From Pseudolabrys sp. (GTDB taxonomy: Bacteria; Pseudomonadota; Alphaproteobacteria; Rhizobiales; Xanthobacteraceae), in NCBI GenBank assembly GCA_037381985.1, contig JARRQH010000010.1:53-64052 (forward strand): a stretch of 64,000 nucleotides of DNA, in the 5' to 3' direction. The notes under the pieces are model-generated. The model had not been told where the DNA came from. It did not search any database and saw only the letters and a list, made by a program, of their open reading frames with translations. Shown piece after piece: positions 1 to 15,807 of this stretch. Every line of letters starts with the position of its first letter. The first letter of the stretch is position 1. The position numbers and the translations under genes are program-made.

Positions 1-915
1 GGCCGAGCGCGCCAGGATCAGCACCGGGTCGGCGCGCTCGCCACTCATCAGACGATCGACCACCTCGACAGGCACCGAACACAGCGTCGCCAGCGCCGCG
101 ATGGTCTCTTCATATTTGCCTCTCTTGGCGTATTCGACGATATCGGCCTCGGTGAGCTTGCGCTCCCGGTGCAGCGCCCGCACGGTGGCGAGAGCCTCGG
201 CGTAATTGCGCGGCTGCGCCTTGGCAGCGACTTCGTCGCTCACTTTCGCCAGCACGCGGCGAATCTCGGCCTGGGTATCGGGCTTGGCCTGCGCCAGCAG
301 GCGCTTCTGCACCACGTCCGTCGCCTTCATCAGCAACTGACGGAACAGCCGCGGCGGGATGTCGTGACGCAAGCCCACCTTCTCGGCGAGCACGCTGTCA
401 TCCTCGGCCCGCTCGACCAACTTGGTGAAGGCGTTGTCCGAGAGCTGCGCCCGCGCGTTGGTCGCGACCGCGCGCGCCACGTCGCGGTCGCCGCGCGTCA
501 CCAGCACGTCCGACAACGTTTCACCGATATTCTTGCGCTCCGACAGCGCCAGCAGATGCTGCTGGCTCTTGGTTTCGGCGATGCGTACCAACTCGGTGTC
601 TTCCAGGTGGCCCTTGCGCAGTACCGGGCCGGCGACCTTGATGTCGTCGCTGTCGGCGAGCTTGCGCATCACGCCGGTCGGCGCGTTCGGCACCGGCGCG
701 ATGCGGTACGACAGTTCCGCCAGCGCCTTGGCTTCGATCTCTTCGATCAGGCAGCCGATGACGTCGTCGAACAGCGCCACGTGCTCGATATTGAAATTGG
801 CGGCGCCGTCGAGAAACAGCGTGGTGATGCGGCGCAGGGTCTCAGCCCGCTTCTCGGCCGTGCCATGCTGGACGACGTCTTCGAGCTCGGGGAGCAGAGA
901 GGCTGGGGCAGCCAT
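1..915 (-). CDS. DUF2336 domain protein (3' end runs off the window)
   Basis: Not in the ORF track. Hand translation from ATG at 915 gives MAAPASLLPELEDVVQHGTAEKRAETLRRITTLFLDGA...LFDDVIGCL...IKVAGPVL...KSQQHLLALSER...VLVTRGDRDVARAVATN, typical of DUF2336. The frame stays open to position 1. Confidence 0.85.
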   Translation of the reverse strand, partial: MAAPASLLPELEDVVQHGTAEKRAETLRRITTLFLDGAANFNIEHVALFDDVIGCLIEEIEAKALAELSYRIAPVPNAPTGVMRKLADSDDIKVAGPVLRKGHLEDTELVRIAETKSQQHLLALSERKNIGETLSDVLVTRGDRDVARAVATNARAQLSDNAFTKLVERAEDDSVLAEKVGLRHDIPPRLFRQLLMKATDVVQKRLLAQAKPDTQAEIRRVLAKVSDEVAAKAQPRNYAEALATVRALHRERKLTEADIVEYAKRGKYEETIAALATLCSVPVEVVDRLMSGERADPVLILARSA

Positions 916-1090
916 TGCAGATCCTGCGAAAACAACCTGTAGAATGGGCGCCTGTTGGCCCTTCAACCAGATTTACGGGCAGATTCTGAAGGAACGGTTA
1001 GCCCGGGCCCGGGGCAGAGAGGCCTTGCGCAAAGTCCAGAAATCGCTATATTTCCGGTTGTTCAAATCACCCTCATAACCGGATGGTTTT

Positions 1091-1122
1091 GAGAGTGGGT
1101 CCTGCCGGGCCCGCTCTTTTTT
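1091..1122 (+). terminator. Terminator-like hairpin in the rimP 5' leader (candidate attenuator)
   Basis: GAGAGTGGGTCC-TGCC-GGGCCCGCTCTT followed by a T run, between a putative promoter (TTGCGC 1025, TATATT 1047) and the rimP ATG. Confidence 0.65.
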
Positions 1123-1150
1123 GTTACTGGACAGGGCTCAAAGCCAGCGC

Positions 1151-1819
1151 ATGACGCCTTTGGATACCGAAACGGCCCCCACGGCCGCGCCGGCCGAGCA
1201 CGAACCGCGGCTTATCCTCGAGCCGGGGCTGGCCGCGCGCGTGGCGGCGATCGTGGAACCGGCAATCGAGGACCTCGGCTACCGGCTGGTGCGGGTAAAG
1301 ATTTCGGCTGCCGACGGTTGCACCGTGCAGATCATGGCGGAGCGGCCGGACGGTGGCATGGACGTGGACGACTGCGAGACCATCTCGCGGGCGCTGTCCC
1401 CGGTGCTGGACGTGGCCGACCCGATCGACCGGGCCTACCGGCTGGAGATTTCATCGCCCGGGCTCGACCGCCCGTTGGTGCGCAAATCGGATTTTGAGCG
1501 CCATACCGGTCATCTGGCGCGCATCGAGATGGACGTTCCGGTCAATGGTCGCAAGCGGTTCCGCGGCTTCCTGGCCGGCACCGAGGACGAAACGGCGCGG
1601 CTTGCATGGGAAACCGTGCCCGAGGGCGAAGAGCCCGAGGTGCTGCTGCCGATCGCAGATATGAGCGAAGCCAAGCTCGTGCTCACCGACGAACTGGTGG
1701 CCGATGCTTTGCGGCGCGAGAAGGCCGCCAAGCGTGAAGTCAAGGCGGCCCGCAGGGAAGAACGACATCGACGGCTGAAGTCCGGCAAAGCCGGACAGGC
1801 CCCTGACGAAGGAGACTGA
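1151..1819 (+). CDS. rimP: Ribosome maturation factor RimP
   Basis: [31 protein letters not shown] motifs; first gene before nusA. Confidence 0.95.
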   Translation: MTPLDTETAPTAAPAEHEPRLILEPGLAARVAAIVEPAIEDLGYRLVRVKISAADGCTVQIMAERPDGGMDVDDCETISRALSPVLDVADPIDRAYRLEISSPGLDRPLVRKSDFERHTGHLARIEMDVPVNGRKRFRGFLAGTEDETARLAWETVPEGEEPEVLLPIADMSEAKLVLTDELVADALRREKAAKREVKAARREERHRRLKSGKAGQAPDEGD

Positions 1820-1823
1820 AGCT

Positions 1824-3458
1824 ATGGCAGTGAGCGCCAACCGGCTCGAACTGTTGCAGATCGCCGACGCGGTCGCCCGCGAGAAGGCGATCGACCGTGG
1901 CATCGTCATCGCCGCCATGGAAGACGCCATCGCCAAGGCGGCGCGCTCACGCTACGGCGCGGAGACCGACGTGCACGCCGAGATCGAGCCGAAGACCGGC
2001 GACCTCCGCCTCACCCGCCACATGCTGGTGGTCGATGAAGTCGAGAACCCGTCCAACCAGATCACCGCCGAAGAGGCGCGCAAGCGCCATCCGGCCGCCC
2101 AGGTCGGCGACACCATTGCCGACGCGCTGCCGCCGCTCGAATACGGCCGCATCGCCGCGCAGTCGGCCAAGCAGGTGATCGTGCAGAAGGTGCGCGAGGC
2201 CGAACGCGACCGGCAATACGCCGAGTACAAGGACCGCATCGGCGACATCGTCAACGGCATCGTCAAGCGCGTGGAATACGGCAACGTGGTGGTCGATCTC
2301 GGCCGCGGTGAGGCGATCGTGCGGCGCGACGAACTGCTGCCGCGCGAGGTGTTCCGCAACGGCGACCGCATCCGCGCCTATATCTACGACGTGCGCCGCG
2401 AGCCGCGTGGGCCGCAGATCTTCCTGTCGCGCACCCATCCGCAGTTCACCGCCAAGCTGTTCACCCAGGAAGTGCCGGAGATCTACGACGGCATCGTCGA
2501 GGTGAAGGCGGTCGCGCGCGATCCCGGTTCGCGCGCCAAAATCGCCGTTATTTCACGCGATTCCAGCGTCGACCCGGTCGGCGCCTGCGTCGGCATGCGC
2601 GGCTCGCGCGTGCAGGCGGTGGTGAACGAATTACAGGGCGAGAAGATCGACATCATCCCGTGGTCACCGGACATCGCCACCTTCGTGGTGAACGCGCTGG
2701 CGCCGGCGGAAGTCGCCAAGGTGGTGCTCGATGAAGACAAGGAGCGCATCGAGGTGGTGGTGCCGGACCAGCAGTTGTCGCTGGCCATCGGCCGGCGCGG
2801 CCAGAACGTGCGGCTCGCCTCGCAGCTCACCGGCTGGGACATCGACATCCTGACCGAACAGGAAGAGTCGGAGCGGCGTCACGCCGAGTTCGAGAACCGC
2901 ACCAAGATCTTCGTCGAAGCGCTCAATCTCGACGAAGTGGTCGGCCAGTTGCTGGCGTCGGAAGGCTTCGACTCGATCGAGGAACTGGCGATGGTGGACG
3001 AGAAGGAAATCGCCTCCATCGAAGGCTTCGACGAAGAGACCGCGCACGAATTGCAGGACCGCGCGCGCGAATACCTCGAGCAGCAGGAAGCCGAGCTTGA
3101 CGCCCGACGCATTGAGCTCGGCGTCGAGGACGCGCTCAAGGACGTCCCCGGCATCACCGGCAAGATGCTGGTGGCGCTCGGCGAGAACGACGTGAAGACG
3201 GTCGAGGATCTGGCCGGCTGCGCCACCGACGATCTCACCGGTTGGACCGAGCGCAAGGACGGCGAGTCCAAGCGCGAACCCGGCTTCTTCGACGGCCTCG
3301 ACGTCTCGCGCGAGGAGGCCGAGGCGCTGATCATGCAGGCGCGGCTGATGGCCGGCTGGGTAACCGAGGAAGAGCTGGCCGCGATGGCGGAACCCGCGGA
3401 GGCAGAAGAAAGCGAAGCGGGTGAAGCGGCCGAGGCCGGCGCGGAAGCCCAGGCTTAA
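1824..3458 (+). CDS. nusA: Transcription termination/antitermination factor NusA
   Basis: [49 protein letters not shown] motifs. Confidence 0.98.
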   Translation: MAVSANRLELLQIADAVAREKAIDRGIVIAAMEDAIAKAARSRYGAETDVHAEIEPKTGDLRLTRHMLVVDEVENPSNQITAEEARKRHPAAQVGDTIADALPPLEYGRIAAQSAKQVIVQKVREAERDRQYAEYKDRIGDIVNGIVKRVEYGNVVVDLGRGEAIVRRDELLPREVFRNGDRIRAYIYDVRREPRGPQIFLSRTHPQFTAKLFTQEVPEIYDGIVEVKAVARDPGSRAKIAVISRDSSVDPVGACVGMRGSRVQAVVNELQGEKIDIIPWSPDIATFVVNALAPAEVAKVVLDEDKERIEVVVPDQQLSLAIGRRGQNVRLASQLTGWDIDILTEQEESERRHAEFENRTKIFVEALNLDEVVGQLLASEGFDSIEELAMVDEKEIASIEGFDEETAHELQDRAREYLEQQEAELDARRIELGVEDALKDVPGITGKMLVALGENDVKTVEDLAGCATDDLTGWTERKDGESKREPGFFDGLDVSREEAEALIMQARLMAGWVTEEELAAMAEPAEAEESEAGEAAEAGAEAQA

Positions 3459-3482
3459 GCGAGAAGGAGACCCGTCACCGGC

Positions 3483-4145
3483 ATGTTGGCATTGGCGCAA
3501 GAGGATCAGGACATGGAACTCGATCGCGGGACGACCAGCGTCGCCCCGGGAACCGAGCGTTCCTGCGCCTTGACCCGCAAGGTCACGCCGGTCGACGCGT
3601 TGATCCGCTTCGTGGTCGGGCCCGACGGCGCGGTGGTGCCGGACGTCAAGCGCAAGCTGCCCGGCCGGGGCCTTTGGATCACCGCCACCGGCTCGGCGGT
3701 CTCGGAGGCGGTCAAGCGCAACGTATTCGCGCGTGGCTTCAAGCGTCAGGTGCGGGCGGCCCCGAATTTGGCGGCGGAGACCGAGCGGCTCTTGGAACGG
3801 GCGGCGCTGGACGCGCTGGCCGTTGCCGGCAAGGCCGGCCTGGTAGTCGCCGGCGCGGCTAAGGTCGCCGACGCGCTCGCCGGGGACAACGCGCTGGCCC
3901 TGATCCACGCGGCGGACGCCGCGCCGGACGGGCGGCGCAAGCTGGACGCGCTCCTGCAGCGCAAAACGCCCGGAAAATCGCGGGAAACCGTGATTGTCGA
4001 AACGTTCTCCGGGGATCAATTGGATTTGGCATTGAACCGCCCAAATGTGGTACATGCAGCCCTGCTTGCCGGCGCCGGGAGCGAGACGTTTCTCGCTCGC
4101 GAGCGACGTTTGCAGCGCTTTCGGACCGGACGCCTGCCCGACTAA
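3483..4145 (+). CDS. YlxR (DUF448)/L7Ae-like RNA-binding protein
   Basis: ERSCALTR, LIRFVVGPDG, KLPGRGLW N-terminal domain plus an L7Ae-like C-terminal half; position between nusA and infB. Confidence 0.88.
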   Translation: MLALAQEDQDMELDRGTTSVAPGTERSCALTRKVTPVDALIRFVVGPDGAVVPDVKRKLPGRGLWITATGSAVSEAVKRNVFARGFKRQVRAAPNLAAETERLLERAALDALAVAGKAGLVVAGAAKVADALAGDNALALIHAADAAPDGRRKLDALLQRKTPGKSRETVIVETFSGDQLDLALNRPNVVHAALLAGAGSETFLARERRLQRFRTGRLPD

Positions 4146-4198
4146 GGCACTTAATGCGCGATTGCGCCGAGACACGGCGCGCGAGGATTTAGGACGGA

Positions 4199-6757
4199 AT
4201 GAGCGAAACGAAGAACCCTGGCGAGAAGAAACTGAGCGTGGGCGGCGGCAAGCTCACGCTCAAGCCGCGCACCGAAACGGGCGTCGTGCGCCAGAGCTTC
4301 AGCCATGGCCGCAGCAAGCAGGTCGTGGTCGAGAAGGTGAAACGCCGCTCCGCCGCGCCGGCGCCCGAGACCAAGGCCGAGCCCGCTCTGGCTGAAGCGC
4401 CCAAGAAGCGCGCCGCCGCGCCCAAGGCCGCCGCTCAGCCCAGCACCGAAGCGCCCAAGGCATCCGGCGTCGTCCTGCGCAGCCTCACCGAAGAGGAGAT
4501 GAGCGCGCGCGCCGCCGCGCTCGCCGACAGCCGCGTGCGCGAGGCCGAAGAGCGCAAGATCGCCGAGGAAGAGGCCAAGATCCGCGCCGAGCGCGAAGCC
4601 ATCGAGAAGACCGAGCGCGAAGCCGCCGAGGCACGCAAGCAAGAGGAAGAAGAGCGCCGCAAGCACGACGAAGACTCCAAGCGCAAGGCCGACGAGGTCG
4701 CCAAGAAGCGCCTCGGCGAGGGCGAGGAAGCCAAGCGTCCGGCGGCGACCACGACGGCCGCGCGACCTGCGCTCCAGGCCGAAGAAGAAGAGCCGCGGAT
4801 CGCCCGCCGTCCGGGCGCGCGTCCGGCCACCCCGGCGCGCCCGGCGCCGCGCGCCGGCGCGCCCAAGCAGCGCGGCCGCCTGACCGTCACCAACGCCGTG
4901 AACGCCGACGAAGTGCGCGAGCGCTCAGTGGCGTCATTCCGCCGCCGCACCCAGCGCCTCAAGGGCCATGCCAGCAACGAGCCGCGCGAAAAGCTGGTGC
5001 GCGAGGTGACCATCCCCGAGACCATTACCATCCAGGAACTGGCCAACCGTATGGCCGAGCGCGGCGTGGACGTCATCCGCCTGCTGATGAAGCAGGGCCA
5101 GATGGCGACCATCAACGACACGATTGACGCCGACACCGCGCAGCTCATCGCCGAAGAGATGGGCCACACCGTGCGCCGCGTGGCGGAGTCGGATGTGGAA
5201 GAAGGCCTTTTCGACGCGCCGGACGCGGAGGAAACTCTGCAGCCGCGCCCGCCGGTCGTCACCGTCATGGGCCATGTCGACCACGGCAAGACCTCGCTGC
5301 TCGACGCCATCCGCTCGGCCAACGTCACCGCCGGCGAGGCGGGCGGCATCACCCAGCACATCGGCGCCTACCAGGTGACCTCGCCGTCGGGCGCCCCGAT
5401 CACCTTCATCGACACGCCCGGCCACGCCGCGTTCACCGCCATGCGCGCCCGCGGCGCCAAGGTGACCGATATCGTGGTGCTGGTGGTGGCCGCCGACGAC
5501 GGCGTGATGCCGCAGACTATCGAGGCCATCAATCACGCCAAGGCGGCCAAGGTGCCGATGATCGTCGCCATCAACAAGATGGACAAGCAGGACGCCAATC
5601 CGAACCGCGTGCGCACCGATCTCCTGCAACACGAGGTGCAGGTTGAAGAGATGGGCGGCGAGGTGGTGGACGTGGAAGTCTCCGCCACCGCGAAGACCAA
5701 CATCGACAAGCTGCTCGAGATGATCGGCCTGCAGGCCGAGCTGCTCGACCTCAAGGCCAACCCGGAACGCGCCGCCGAGGGCACCGTGATCGAAGCCAAG
5801 CTCGACCGCGGCCGCGGCCCGGTAGCGACCGTGCTGGTGCAGCGCGGCACGCTCAAGACCGGCGACATCGTGGTGGCCGGCGCCGAATGGGGCCGCGTGC
5901 GCGCGCTGATTTCCGACACCGGTGAGCAGGTGTCATCGGTCGGCCCGTCGACTCCCGCTGAAATCCTTGGTTTTTCGGGCACCCCGGACGCCGGTGACCG
6001 CTTGGCGGTGGTCGAGAACGAGGCCCGCGCCCGTGAGATTACCGAATACCGCTCGCGCGCCCGGCGCGAGAAACAGGCGGCCCGCGCGGTCGGCATGCGC
6101 GGCTCGCTCGAGCAGATGATGGCGCAGGCCAAGACGGCCGGCCTCAAGGAATTCCCGTTGGTGATCAAGGCCGACGTGCAGGGCTCGCTGGAAGCCATCA
6201 TCGGCGCGCTCGACAAGCTCGGCACCGACGAGGTGGCCGCGCGCGTGCTGCACTCGGGCGTCGGCGGCATTTCGGAATCCGACGTGACGCTGGCCGAGGC
6301 CTCGGGCGTTCCGATCATCGCCTTCAACGTGCGCGCCAACAAGGAAGCGCGCGAGGCCGCCGAACGCAGCGGCATCGAAATCCGTTACTACAACATCATC
6401 TACGATCTCGTGGATGACGTGAAAAAGGCGATGTCCGGTCTGCTCGAGCCGACGCTGCGCGAGACCATGCTGGGCAACGCTCAGATCCTGGAGGTCTTCA
6501 AGGTCTCCAAGGTCGGCAACGTGGCGGGCTGCCGGGTGACCGATGGCACCGTCGAACGCGGCGCCAACGTACGGCTGATCCGCGATAACGTCGTCGTCCA
6601 CGAAGGCAAGCTCTCGCAGCTCAAGCGCTTCAAGGACGACGTCAAGGAAGTGAACGCCGGCATGGAATGCGGCATGGCCTTCGAGAATTACCAGGACATG
6701 CGGCAGGGCGACGTTATCGAATGTTATCGGGTGGAGACGATCCAACGCTCGTTGTGA
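4199..6757 (+). CDS. infB: Translation initiation factor IF-2
   Basis: [34 protein letters not shown] GTPase motifs. Confidence 0.99.
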   Translation: MSETKNPGEKKLSVGGGKLTLKPRTETGVVRQSFSHGRSKQVVVEKVKRRSAAPAPETKAEPALAEAPKKRAAAPKAAAQPSTEAPKASGVVLRSLTEEEMSARAAALADSRVREAEERKIAEEEAKIRAEREAIEKTEREAAEARKQEEEERRKHDEDSKRKADEVAKKRLGEGEEAKRPAATTTAARPALQAEEEEPRIARRPGARPATPARPAPRAGAPKQRGRLTVTNAVNADEVRERSVASFRRRTQRLKGHASNEPREKLVREVTIPETITIQELANRMAERGVDVIRLLMKQGQMATINDTIDADTAQLIAEEMGHTVRRVAESDVEEGLFDAPDAEETLQPRPPVVTVMGHVDHGKTSLLDAIRSANVTAGEAGGITQHIGAYQVTSPSGAPITFIDTPGHAAFTAMRARGAKVTDIVVLVVAADDGVMPQTIEAINHAKAAKVPMIVAINKMDKQDANPNRVRTDLLQHEVQVEEMGGEVVDVEVSATAKTNIDKLLEMIGLQAELLDLKANPERAAEGTVIEAKLDRGRGPVATVLVQRGTLKTGDIVVAGAEWGRVRALISDTGEQVSSVGPSTPAEILGFSGTPDAGDRLAVVENEARAREITEYRSRARREKQAARAVGMRGSLEQMMAQAKTAGLKEFPLVIKADVQGSLEAIIGALDKLGTDEVAARVLHSGVGGISESDVTLAEASGVPIIAFNVRANKEAREAAERSGIEIRYYNIIYDLVDDVKKAMSGLLEPTLRETMLGNAQILEVFKVSKVGNVAGCRVTDGTVERGANVRLIRDNVVVHEGKLSQLKRFKDDVKEVNAGMECGMAFENYQDMRQGDVIECYRVETIQRSL

Positions 6758-6804
6758 GTCCAAATCTCACACGGACGTTCTGATTATCTCTCCGCTATTT
6801 CCAC

Positions 6805-6925
6805 CGTCATGTCCGGGCTAAAGACGCGAAGCGTCGTCTTTATGCCTTAAGTTCCGGGCATCCCGAGCAGGAGGCATGCATGTGCCTTCCTAAGCGAGAT
6901 GGCCTGCACAAGCCCGGCCATGACA
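6805..6925. repeat. CGTC-type palindromic repeat pair (family B)
   Basis: CGTCATGTCCGGGC...CCGGGCATC / GATGGCC...AAGCCCGGCCATGACA; shares TTCCTAAGCGAGATGGCC with the 61190 element. Confidence 0.75.
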
Positions 6926-6947
6926 CGATTGGTTTTGGAACAAGGCC

Positions 6948-7370
6948 ATGCGCCACAAACATCATCGCGACAACGCGCCGGGCAGCGGCTCGCAGCGCCA
7001 GTTGCGCGTCGGCGAACTGGTGCGGCACGCGCTTGCCGAGATGCTGACGCGCGGCGACGTGCACGACCCCGTGCTCGAAAGCCACATGATCACCATTCCG
7101 GAAGTGCGCATGAGCCCGGACCTCAGGCTCGCCACCGTTTACGTCATGCCCATGGGCGGGCGCGACGCGCAGTCCGTGATCGGCGCCTTCGAGCGCAACA
7201 AGAAATTCCTGCGCGGCGAGATCGCCCACCGCGTCAATCTGAAATTCGCGCCCGACATCCGCTTCCGCACCGACGAGCGGTTCGAGGAAGCCGAACGCAT
7301 CGACAAACTCTTGCATTCGCCAGAAGTGGCGCGCGATTTGACCAAGAACGACGGGAACGACGACGAGTGA
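6948..7370 (+). CDS. rbfA: Ribosome-binding factor A
   Basis: [36 protein letters not shown] motifs. Confidence 0.97.
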   Translation: MRHKHHRDNAPGSGSQRQLRVGELVRHALAEMLTRGDVHDPVLESHMITIPEVRMSPDLRLATVYVMPMGGRDAQSVIGAFERNKKFLRGEIAHRVNLKFAPDIRFRTDERFEEAERIDKLLHSPEVARDLTKNDGNDDE

Positions 7371-8425
7371 ACGACAACGAAGTCAAGGAACGCGCGCCGT
7401 CCGCGCCGGCGGATAGCGAGCGTGCTCCGCGCGAAGGCAACCACAAGCCGCGACAGAAGAAGAGGCAGTTCAGGCGCGACAAGCGCGACGTCCACGGCTG
7501 GGTGGCGCTCGACAAGCCGGTCGGCATGACCTCGACCCACGCGGTGAGCATCATCAAGCGGCTGTTCTCGGCGCGGCGCTGCGGCCACGCCGGCACCCTC
7601 GATCCGCTCGCCTCCGGCGCGCTGCCGATCGCCATGGGCGAGGCCACCAAGACCGTTCCCTTCGTCATGGACGGCCGCAAGCTCTACCGCTTCACCGTGC
7701 GCTGGGGCGAGGAGCGCGACACCGACGACGCCGAGGGCCGCGTCACCGAGACCAGCGACAAGCGCCCCACGGTCGACGAGATCAGCGCCCAGCTCCCGGC
7801 CTTCATCGGGTCGATCCAGCAGGTGCCGCCGCGCTATTCGGCCATCAAGATCGACGGCGAGCGGGCCTACGATCTCGCCCGCGACGGCGAGGTGGTGGAG
7901 CTCAAGGCCCGGCCGGTCGAGATCACCCGCCTGGAGATCGTCGAGACCCCGGACGCAGATCACACCGTCCTGGAGGCGGAATGCGGCAAAGGCACCTATG
8001 TCCGGGCTCTGGCCCGCGATCTGGGCCGCATTTTGGGCTGTTTCGGCCATGTCAGCGCTCTGCGGCGGGTGGCCGTCGGGCCTTTCAAGCCGGAAACCAT
8101 GATTTTGCTGGAAGATTTGGAGGCTCTGTGTCATAGAGCCGCCGCCGGTGAGGGTAGCCTCGCCGATGCGCTCATGCCCGTTGAGACCGCGCTGGACGAC
8201 ATCCCGGCGGTGGCCGTCAGTCGGGCAGACGCGGCAAGGCTCCACCGGGGCCAAGCCGTCTTGTTGCGCGGAAGGGACGCTCCCATCGTTCATGGGCCGG
8301 TCCATGTGACCGTCGAGGGCCAGTTGCTGGCGCTCGCCGAGTTCGAGCATGGCGAAATCGTCCCCAAGCGCGTGTTCAACCTGGCCGGCCTGGTAGGCCG
8401 GGCCCGGCCGCTCAAGAAAGGATGA
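7367..8425 (+). CDS. truB: tRNA pseudouridine(55) synthase TruB
   Basis: [39 protein letters not shown]; GTG start overlaps the rbfA stop (GTGA). Confidence 0.95.
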   Translation: MNDNEVKERAPSAPADSERAPREGNHKPRQKKRQFRRDKRDVHGWVALDKPVGMTSTHAVSIIKRLFSARRCGHAGTLDPLASGALPIAMGEATKTVPFVMDGRKLYRFTVRWGEERDTDDAEGRVTETSDKRPTVDEISAQLPAFIGSIQQVPPRYSAIKIDGERAYDLARDGEVVELKARPVEITRLEIVETPDADHTVLEAECGKGTYVRALARDLGRILGCFGHVSALRRVAVGPFKPETMILLEDLEALCHRAAAGEGSLADALMPVETALDDIPAVAVSRADAARLHRGQAVLLRGRDAPIVHGPVHVTVEGQLLALAEFEHGEIVPKRVFNLAGLVGRARPLKKG

Positions 8426-8428
8426 CCG

Positions 8429-8698
8429 ATGTCGGTTACCGCCAGCCGCAAGGCTGAACTGATCAAGGAATACGCCCAGAAGCCCGGCGATACGGGCTCG
8501 CCCGAGGTGCAGATTGCGATCCTGACGGAACGCATCACCAACCTCACCGAGCACTTCAAGGGCCACGCCAAGGACAACCATTCGCGCCGTGGCTTGCTCA
8601 AGATGGTGAGCCAGCGCCGCCAGTTGCTCGATTACCTCAAGCGCAACAACGAGGCCGGCTACAAGGGCCTGATTGAGAAGCTCGGGATTCGCCGCTGA
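8429..8698 (+). CDS. rpsO: 30S ribosomal protein S15
   Basis: [26 protein letters not shown]; 89 aa. Confidence 0.99.
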   Translation: MSVTASRKAELIKEYAQKPGDTGSPEVQIAILTERITNLTEHFKGHAKDNHSRRGLLKMVSQRRQLLDYLKRNNEAGYKGLIEKLGIRR

Positions 8699-8848
8699 TT
8701 TGTGACCGCGCTGGGCTCGAACGAGCCCGGCGCGTTTTTCGTGCAGCGCCAGTGACATGTTCCGGCGCTGATCCGATCCGGTGGCGAAACGCGCCGCCGG
8801 CGACCGGCAAGGCCGATAAGGGTCGGCCTTGCGTCAAGGCCAGGTTCG

Positions 8849-8936
8849 AAATGCCATGGCAGGATCGCCAGACGCTGTTGCAGGCCGCGTTGTTCATCGT
8901 CCGCAATAGCCTCTAGCCGTCTTGCTCATGGCATTC
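8849..8936 (+). promoter_or_regulatory. Long imperfect hairpin in the pnp 5' leader (probable RNase III processing site)
   Basis: ATGCCATGGCAGGAT..CCAGA.GCTGTTGC pairs with GCAATAGC.TCTAG..GTCTTGCTCATGGCAT; same position as the E. coli pnp autoregulatory stem. Confidence 0.6.
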
Positions 8937-8970
8937 GGAGTTGTGCCCGAAACCGTGAGAGAAAACCGAA

Positions 8971-11136
<2,166 letters not shown>

Positions 11137-11144
11137 GCTCTCTC

Positions 11145-11240
11145 CGTCGTCCTGAGGTGCGAGCCGCGTAAGCGGCGAGCCTCGAAGGGCGGCCGCCGAT
11201 CATCCTTCGCGGGCCGCTTCGCGGCCACCTCAGGATGACG
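11145..11240. repeat. CGTC-type palindromic repeat pair (family C)
   Basis: CGTCGTCCTGAGGTG...CCTCGAAGG / CCTTCG...CACCTCAGGATGACG; related to the elements at 46857 and 28700. Confidence 0.8.
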
Positions 11241-11252
11241 GTTCAAGGCAGC

Positions 11253-11282
11253 AAAAAGGCGGCCCTCGCGGCCGCCTTTTTT
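11253..11282. terminator. Bidirectional intrinsic terminator between pnp and oxyR
   Basis: AAAAAGGCGGCC-CTCGC-GGCCGCCTTTTTT between convergent genes. Confidence 0.85.
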
Positions 11283-12210
11283 ATTGCGCGGCCGCCAACG
11301 CCGGCTTCGGCTGCGTGGCGCCGCGCGGCGCCAGCGTCTCCTTCACGATCTCGCCCAGCGCCGCGAAGTCCTGCTTGCGCGGTGAGGTGCGGCGCCAGGC
11401 GAGACCGACGGTGCGCGCCGGTTGTGGGTCGGCGAAGCGCATCAATTTGACCCGGTCGTCGCGCACCTCGGCATCGATGGCCACCTCCGGCAGCAGCGTC
11501 ACGCCGTAGCCGTTCGCCACCATCTGCATGACGGTCGCGAGCGAGGTAGCGCCGAGACTTGTCGGCGCGTCGCGTTGTGGGGCGGCGCAGAACGCCAGCG
11601 CCTGGTCGCGCAGGCAGTGGCCTTCCTCCAGCAGGATGAGCCGGCGCTGGTCGACGTCGTCGACGCTGACCCGACCCGTCGGCGGCAGCGGCTCACCCAC
11701 CGGCAGCGCCAGCAGGAACGGATCCTCGAACAGCGGCAGAACTTCCACGTCGGCGCCTTCGACCGGCAACGCCAGCAAGATGCAGTCGAGATCGCCGCGG
11801 GCGAGTTCTTCGATCAGGTTCTTGGTCTGGGTCTCGCGCACCTCCAGCCGCAGCTGCGGATGCGCCGCCTGCAGCCGCGGCAACACGCGCGGCAGCACGT
11901 ACGGCGCCAGCGTCGGAATGATGCCGAGCTTGAGATGGCCGCTGAGCAGATCGCGGTGGCGGGCGAAATCGACCAGGTCGCGGGCGGCTGTCAGGATGGA
12001 ATCGGCGCGGGCCACCACCTCCCGCCCCACCTCTGTCAGCGTCACATCGCCGGGCCGCCGCTCCACCAGCTCGGCGCCGATCTCGCGCTCCAGCTCCCGA
12101 ATCTGCATGGAGAGCGCCGGCTGGGTGACGGCGCAATCCTCCGCCGCCCGGCCGAAATGGCGGTGGCGGGCGAGCGAAGCGAGATACCGAAGCTGCCGCA
12201 AAGGGATCAT
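11281..12210 (-). CDS. oxyR: LysR-family hydrogen peroxide sensor OxyR
   Basis: LysR HTH (HFGRAAEDCAVTQPALSMQI); LEEGHCLRDQALAFC with both redox cysteines; ATSLAT motif; divergent from katG. Confidence 0.93.
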   Translation of the reverse strand: MIPLRQLRYLASLARHRHFGRAAEDCAVTQPALSMQIRELEREIGAELVERRPGDVTLTEVGREVVARADSILTAARDLVDFARHRDLLSGHLKLGIIPTLAPYVLPRVLPRLQAAHPQLRLEVRETQTKNLIEELARGDLDCILLALPVEGADVEVLPLFEDPFLLALPVGEPLPPTGRVSVDDVDQRRLILLEEGHCLRDQALAFCAAPQRDAPTSLGATSLATVMQMVANGYGVTLLPEVAIDAEVRDDRVKLMRFADPQPARTVGLAWRRTSPRKQDFAALGEIVKETLAPRGATQPKPALAAAQ

Positions 12211-12212
12211 GA

Positions 12213-12262
12213 CGATCAGATAATCTTATTACCATAGCCAATCAATACGATTGGACCTGATC
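12213..12262. promoter_or_regulatory. Putative OxyR operator in the oxyR-katG divergent region
   Basis: AT-rich tract ATCA-N7-TTAT..ATAG..AATC-N5-GATT directly upstream of oxyR, loosely resembling ATAG-N7-CTAT repeats. Confidence 0.45.
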
Positions 12263-12313
12263 GTGATTTTGAGCGATAATAGTTACAATCGCAACCGTCA
12301 CAGGACTGCCTGA

Positions 12314-14659
<2,346 letters not shown>

Positions 14660-14683
14660 TCGCCGCTCACCGCACCGCGAAAC

Positions 14684-14714
14684 GAAACGGCCGGGGTTCG
14701 CCCCGGCCGTTTTT
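14684..14714 (+). terminator. katG terminator; left copy of a 31-bp direct repeat
   Basis: GAAACGGCCGGGG-TTCG-CCCCGGCCGTTTTT. Confidence 0.85.
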
Positions 14715-14786
14715 ACGTCGACCTCATTACTCCGATACGCATGCGAAGCGGCGCACGACGCGGCAACCTCTTGCACGGCATCGTAT

Positions 14787-15404
14787 CTACGAAGTCGCGA
14801 TTTTTTCTTTCTCCTTCACATGCAGAATGCGATCTATCAGGCCCCACTCCAAGGCTTCCTCGGCAGTCATAAAATGGTCGCGATCCATAGCACGCTCAAA
14901 CTCTTCATAAGTTCGGCGACAATGCTGGGCATAAAGGCGCGTCATCCGCTCCTTGGTTCTCTTGATCTCCTCGGCATGAATGAGCATGTCCGATGCTTGT
15001 CCTTGGAAGCCGCCTGACGGCTGGTGGACAAGGATGCTGGCGTTTGGCAGTGCGGCCCGCTCACTAGGCTCTCCCGCCATCAACAGAAAAGAGCCCATTG
15101 ACCGCGCCGTCCCCATGCAAAGCGTATGCACGGGCGCACGGATGTGGCGCATGGTGTCATACATCGCGAGGCCGCTGCTCACGACGCCACCTGGCGAGTT
15201 GATATAGAGATTGATCGCCTTCTTCGAATTTTCCGCTTCAAGAAACAGCAATTGCGCGCACACCAGCGCTGAAACGGCATCAGTGACTTCGCCGTTGAGA
15301 AAAATGATTCTCTCGCGAAGCAAGCGGGAATAAATGTCGAACGACCGCTCGCCTCTGCTGGATTGCTCGATAACCACAGGGACGAGTTGCATCGCTTCGC
15401 GCAT
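14787..15404 (-). CDS. clpP: Accessory ClpP-family protease proteolytic subunit
   Basis: [37 protein letters not shown]; catalytic Ser (ARSMG), His (HQPSGG) and Asp (DRDHF) present; not in a tig-clpP-clpX context. Confidence 0.93.
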   Translation of the reverse strand: MREAMQLVPVVIEQSSRGERSFDIYSRLLRERIIFLNGEVTDAVSALVCAQLLFLEAENSKKAINLYINSPGGVVSSGLAMYDTMRHIRAPVHTLCMGTARSMGSFLLMAGEPSERAALPNASILVHQPSGGFQGQASDMLIHAEEIKRTKERMTRLYAQHCRRTYEEFERAMDRDHFMTAEEALEWGLIDRILHVKEKEKIATS

Positions 15405-15447
15405 CGCGAACTCCAGTTTTTCCGAATCTGATGAACGGTGCGCTAAC

Positions 15448-15807
15448 TCAGGCGGCAAGCATAATGGCAGGGCTGTTGCCGTTTGCGGCAGCCTTCGTCA
15501 TACGACTGTATCTCAAATCCGTCAGTTCGTGGGTGACCCACAGACTGGTTCCTCCGCTCGGGTTTGGAGCGATTCGGAACGTCACGGTGCTTTCGAGATA
15601 CGGCGGGGCGCGATCGCGCATCCGATAGCGGACCTCTTCACCGGGCGTTATCGAAACCGCCTCCGAATCGGCCAACGCTTCTTTCGGCAGCCATTGTTCC
15701 CGAAGCGCCGGCACCGTAATCGCACGCCAAATCTTCTGTGGCGACTCATCGAATTCATATTCAAGTTCGATGCCGTTTGTCCGCTTTTTGGCCTTTTCGT
15801 TATTCAT
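15448..15807 (-). CDS. SRPBCC/AHSA1-like domain protein with an ssrA-tag-like C-terminus
   Basis: [29 protein letters not shown]...[18 protein letters not shown]; ends [13 protein letters not shown]; ATG overlaps the ArsR stop (ATGA). Confidence 0.85.
   Translation of the reverse strand: MNNEKAKKRTNGIELEYEFDESPQKIWRAITVPALREQWLPKEALADSEAVSITPGEEVRYRMRDRAPPYLESTVTFRIAPNPSGGTSLWVTHELTDLRYSRMTKAAANGNSPAIMLAA

Noticed and set aside
6899-7366. N-terminal extension of TruB in the 508-aa ORF
   Set aside because: It overlaps rbfA and a repeat; the GTG at 7367 coupled to the rbfA stop is the plausible start
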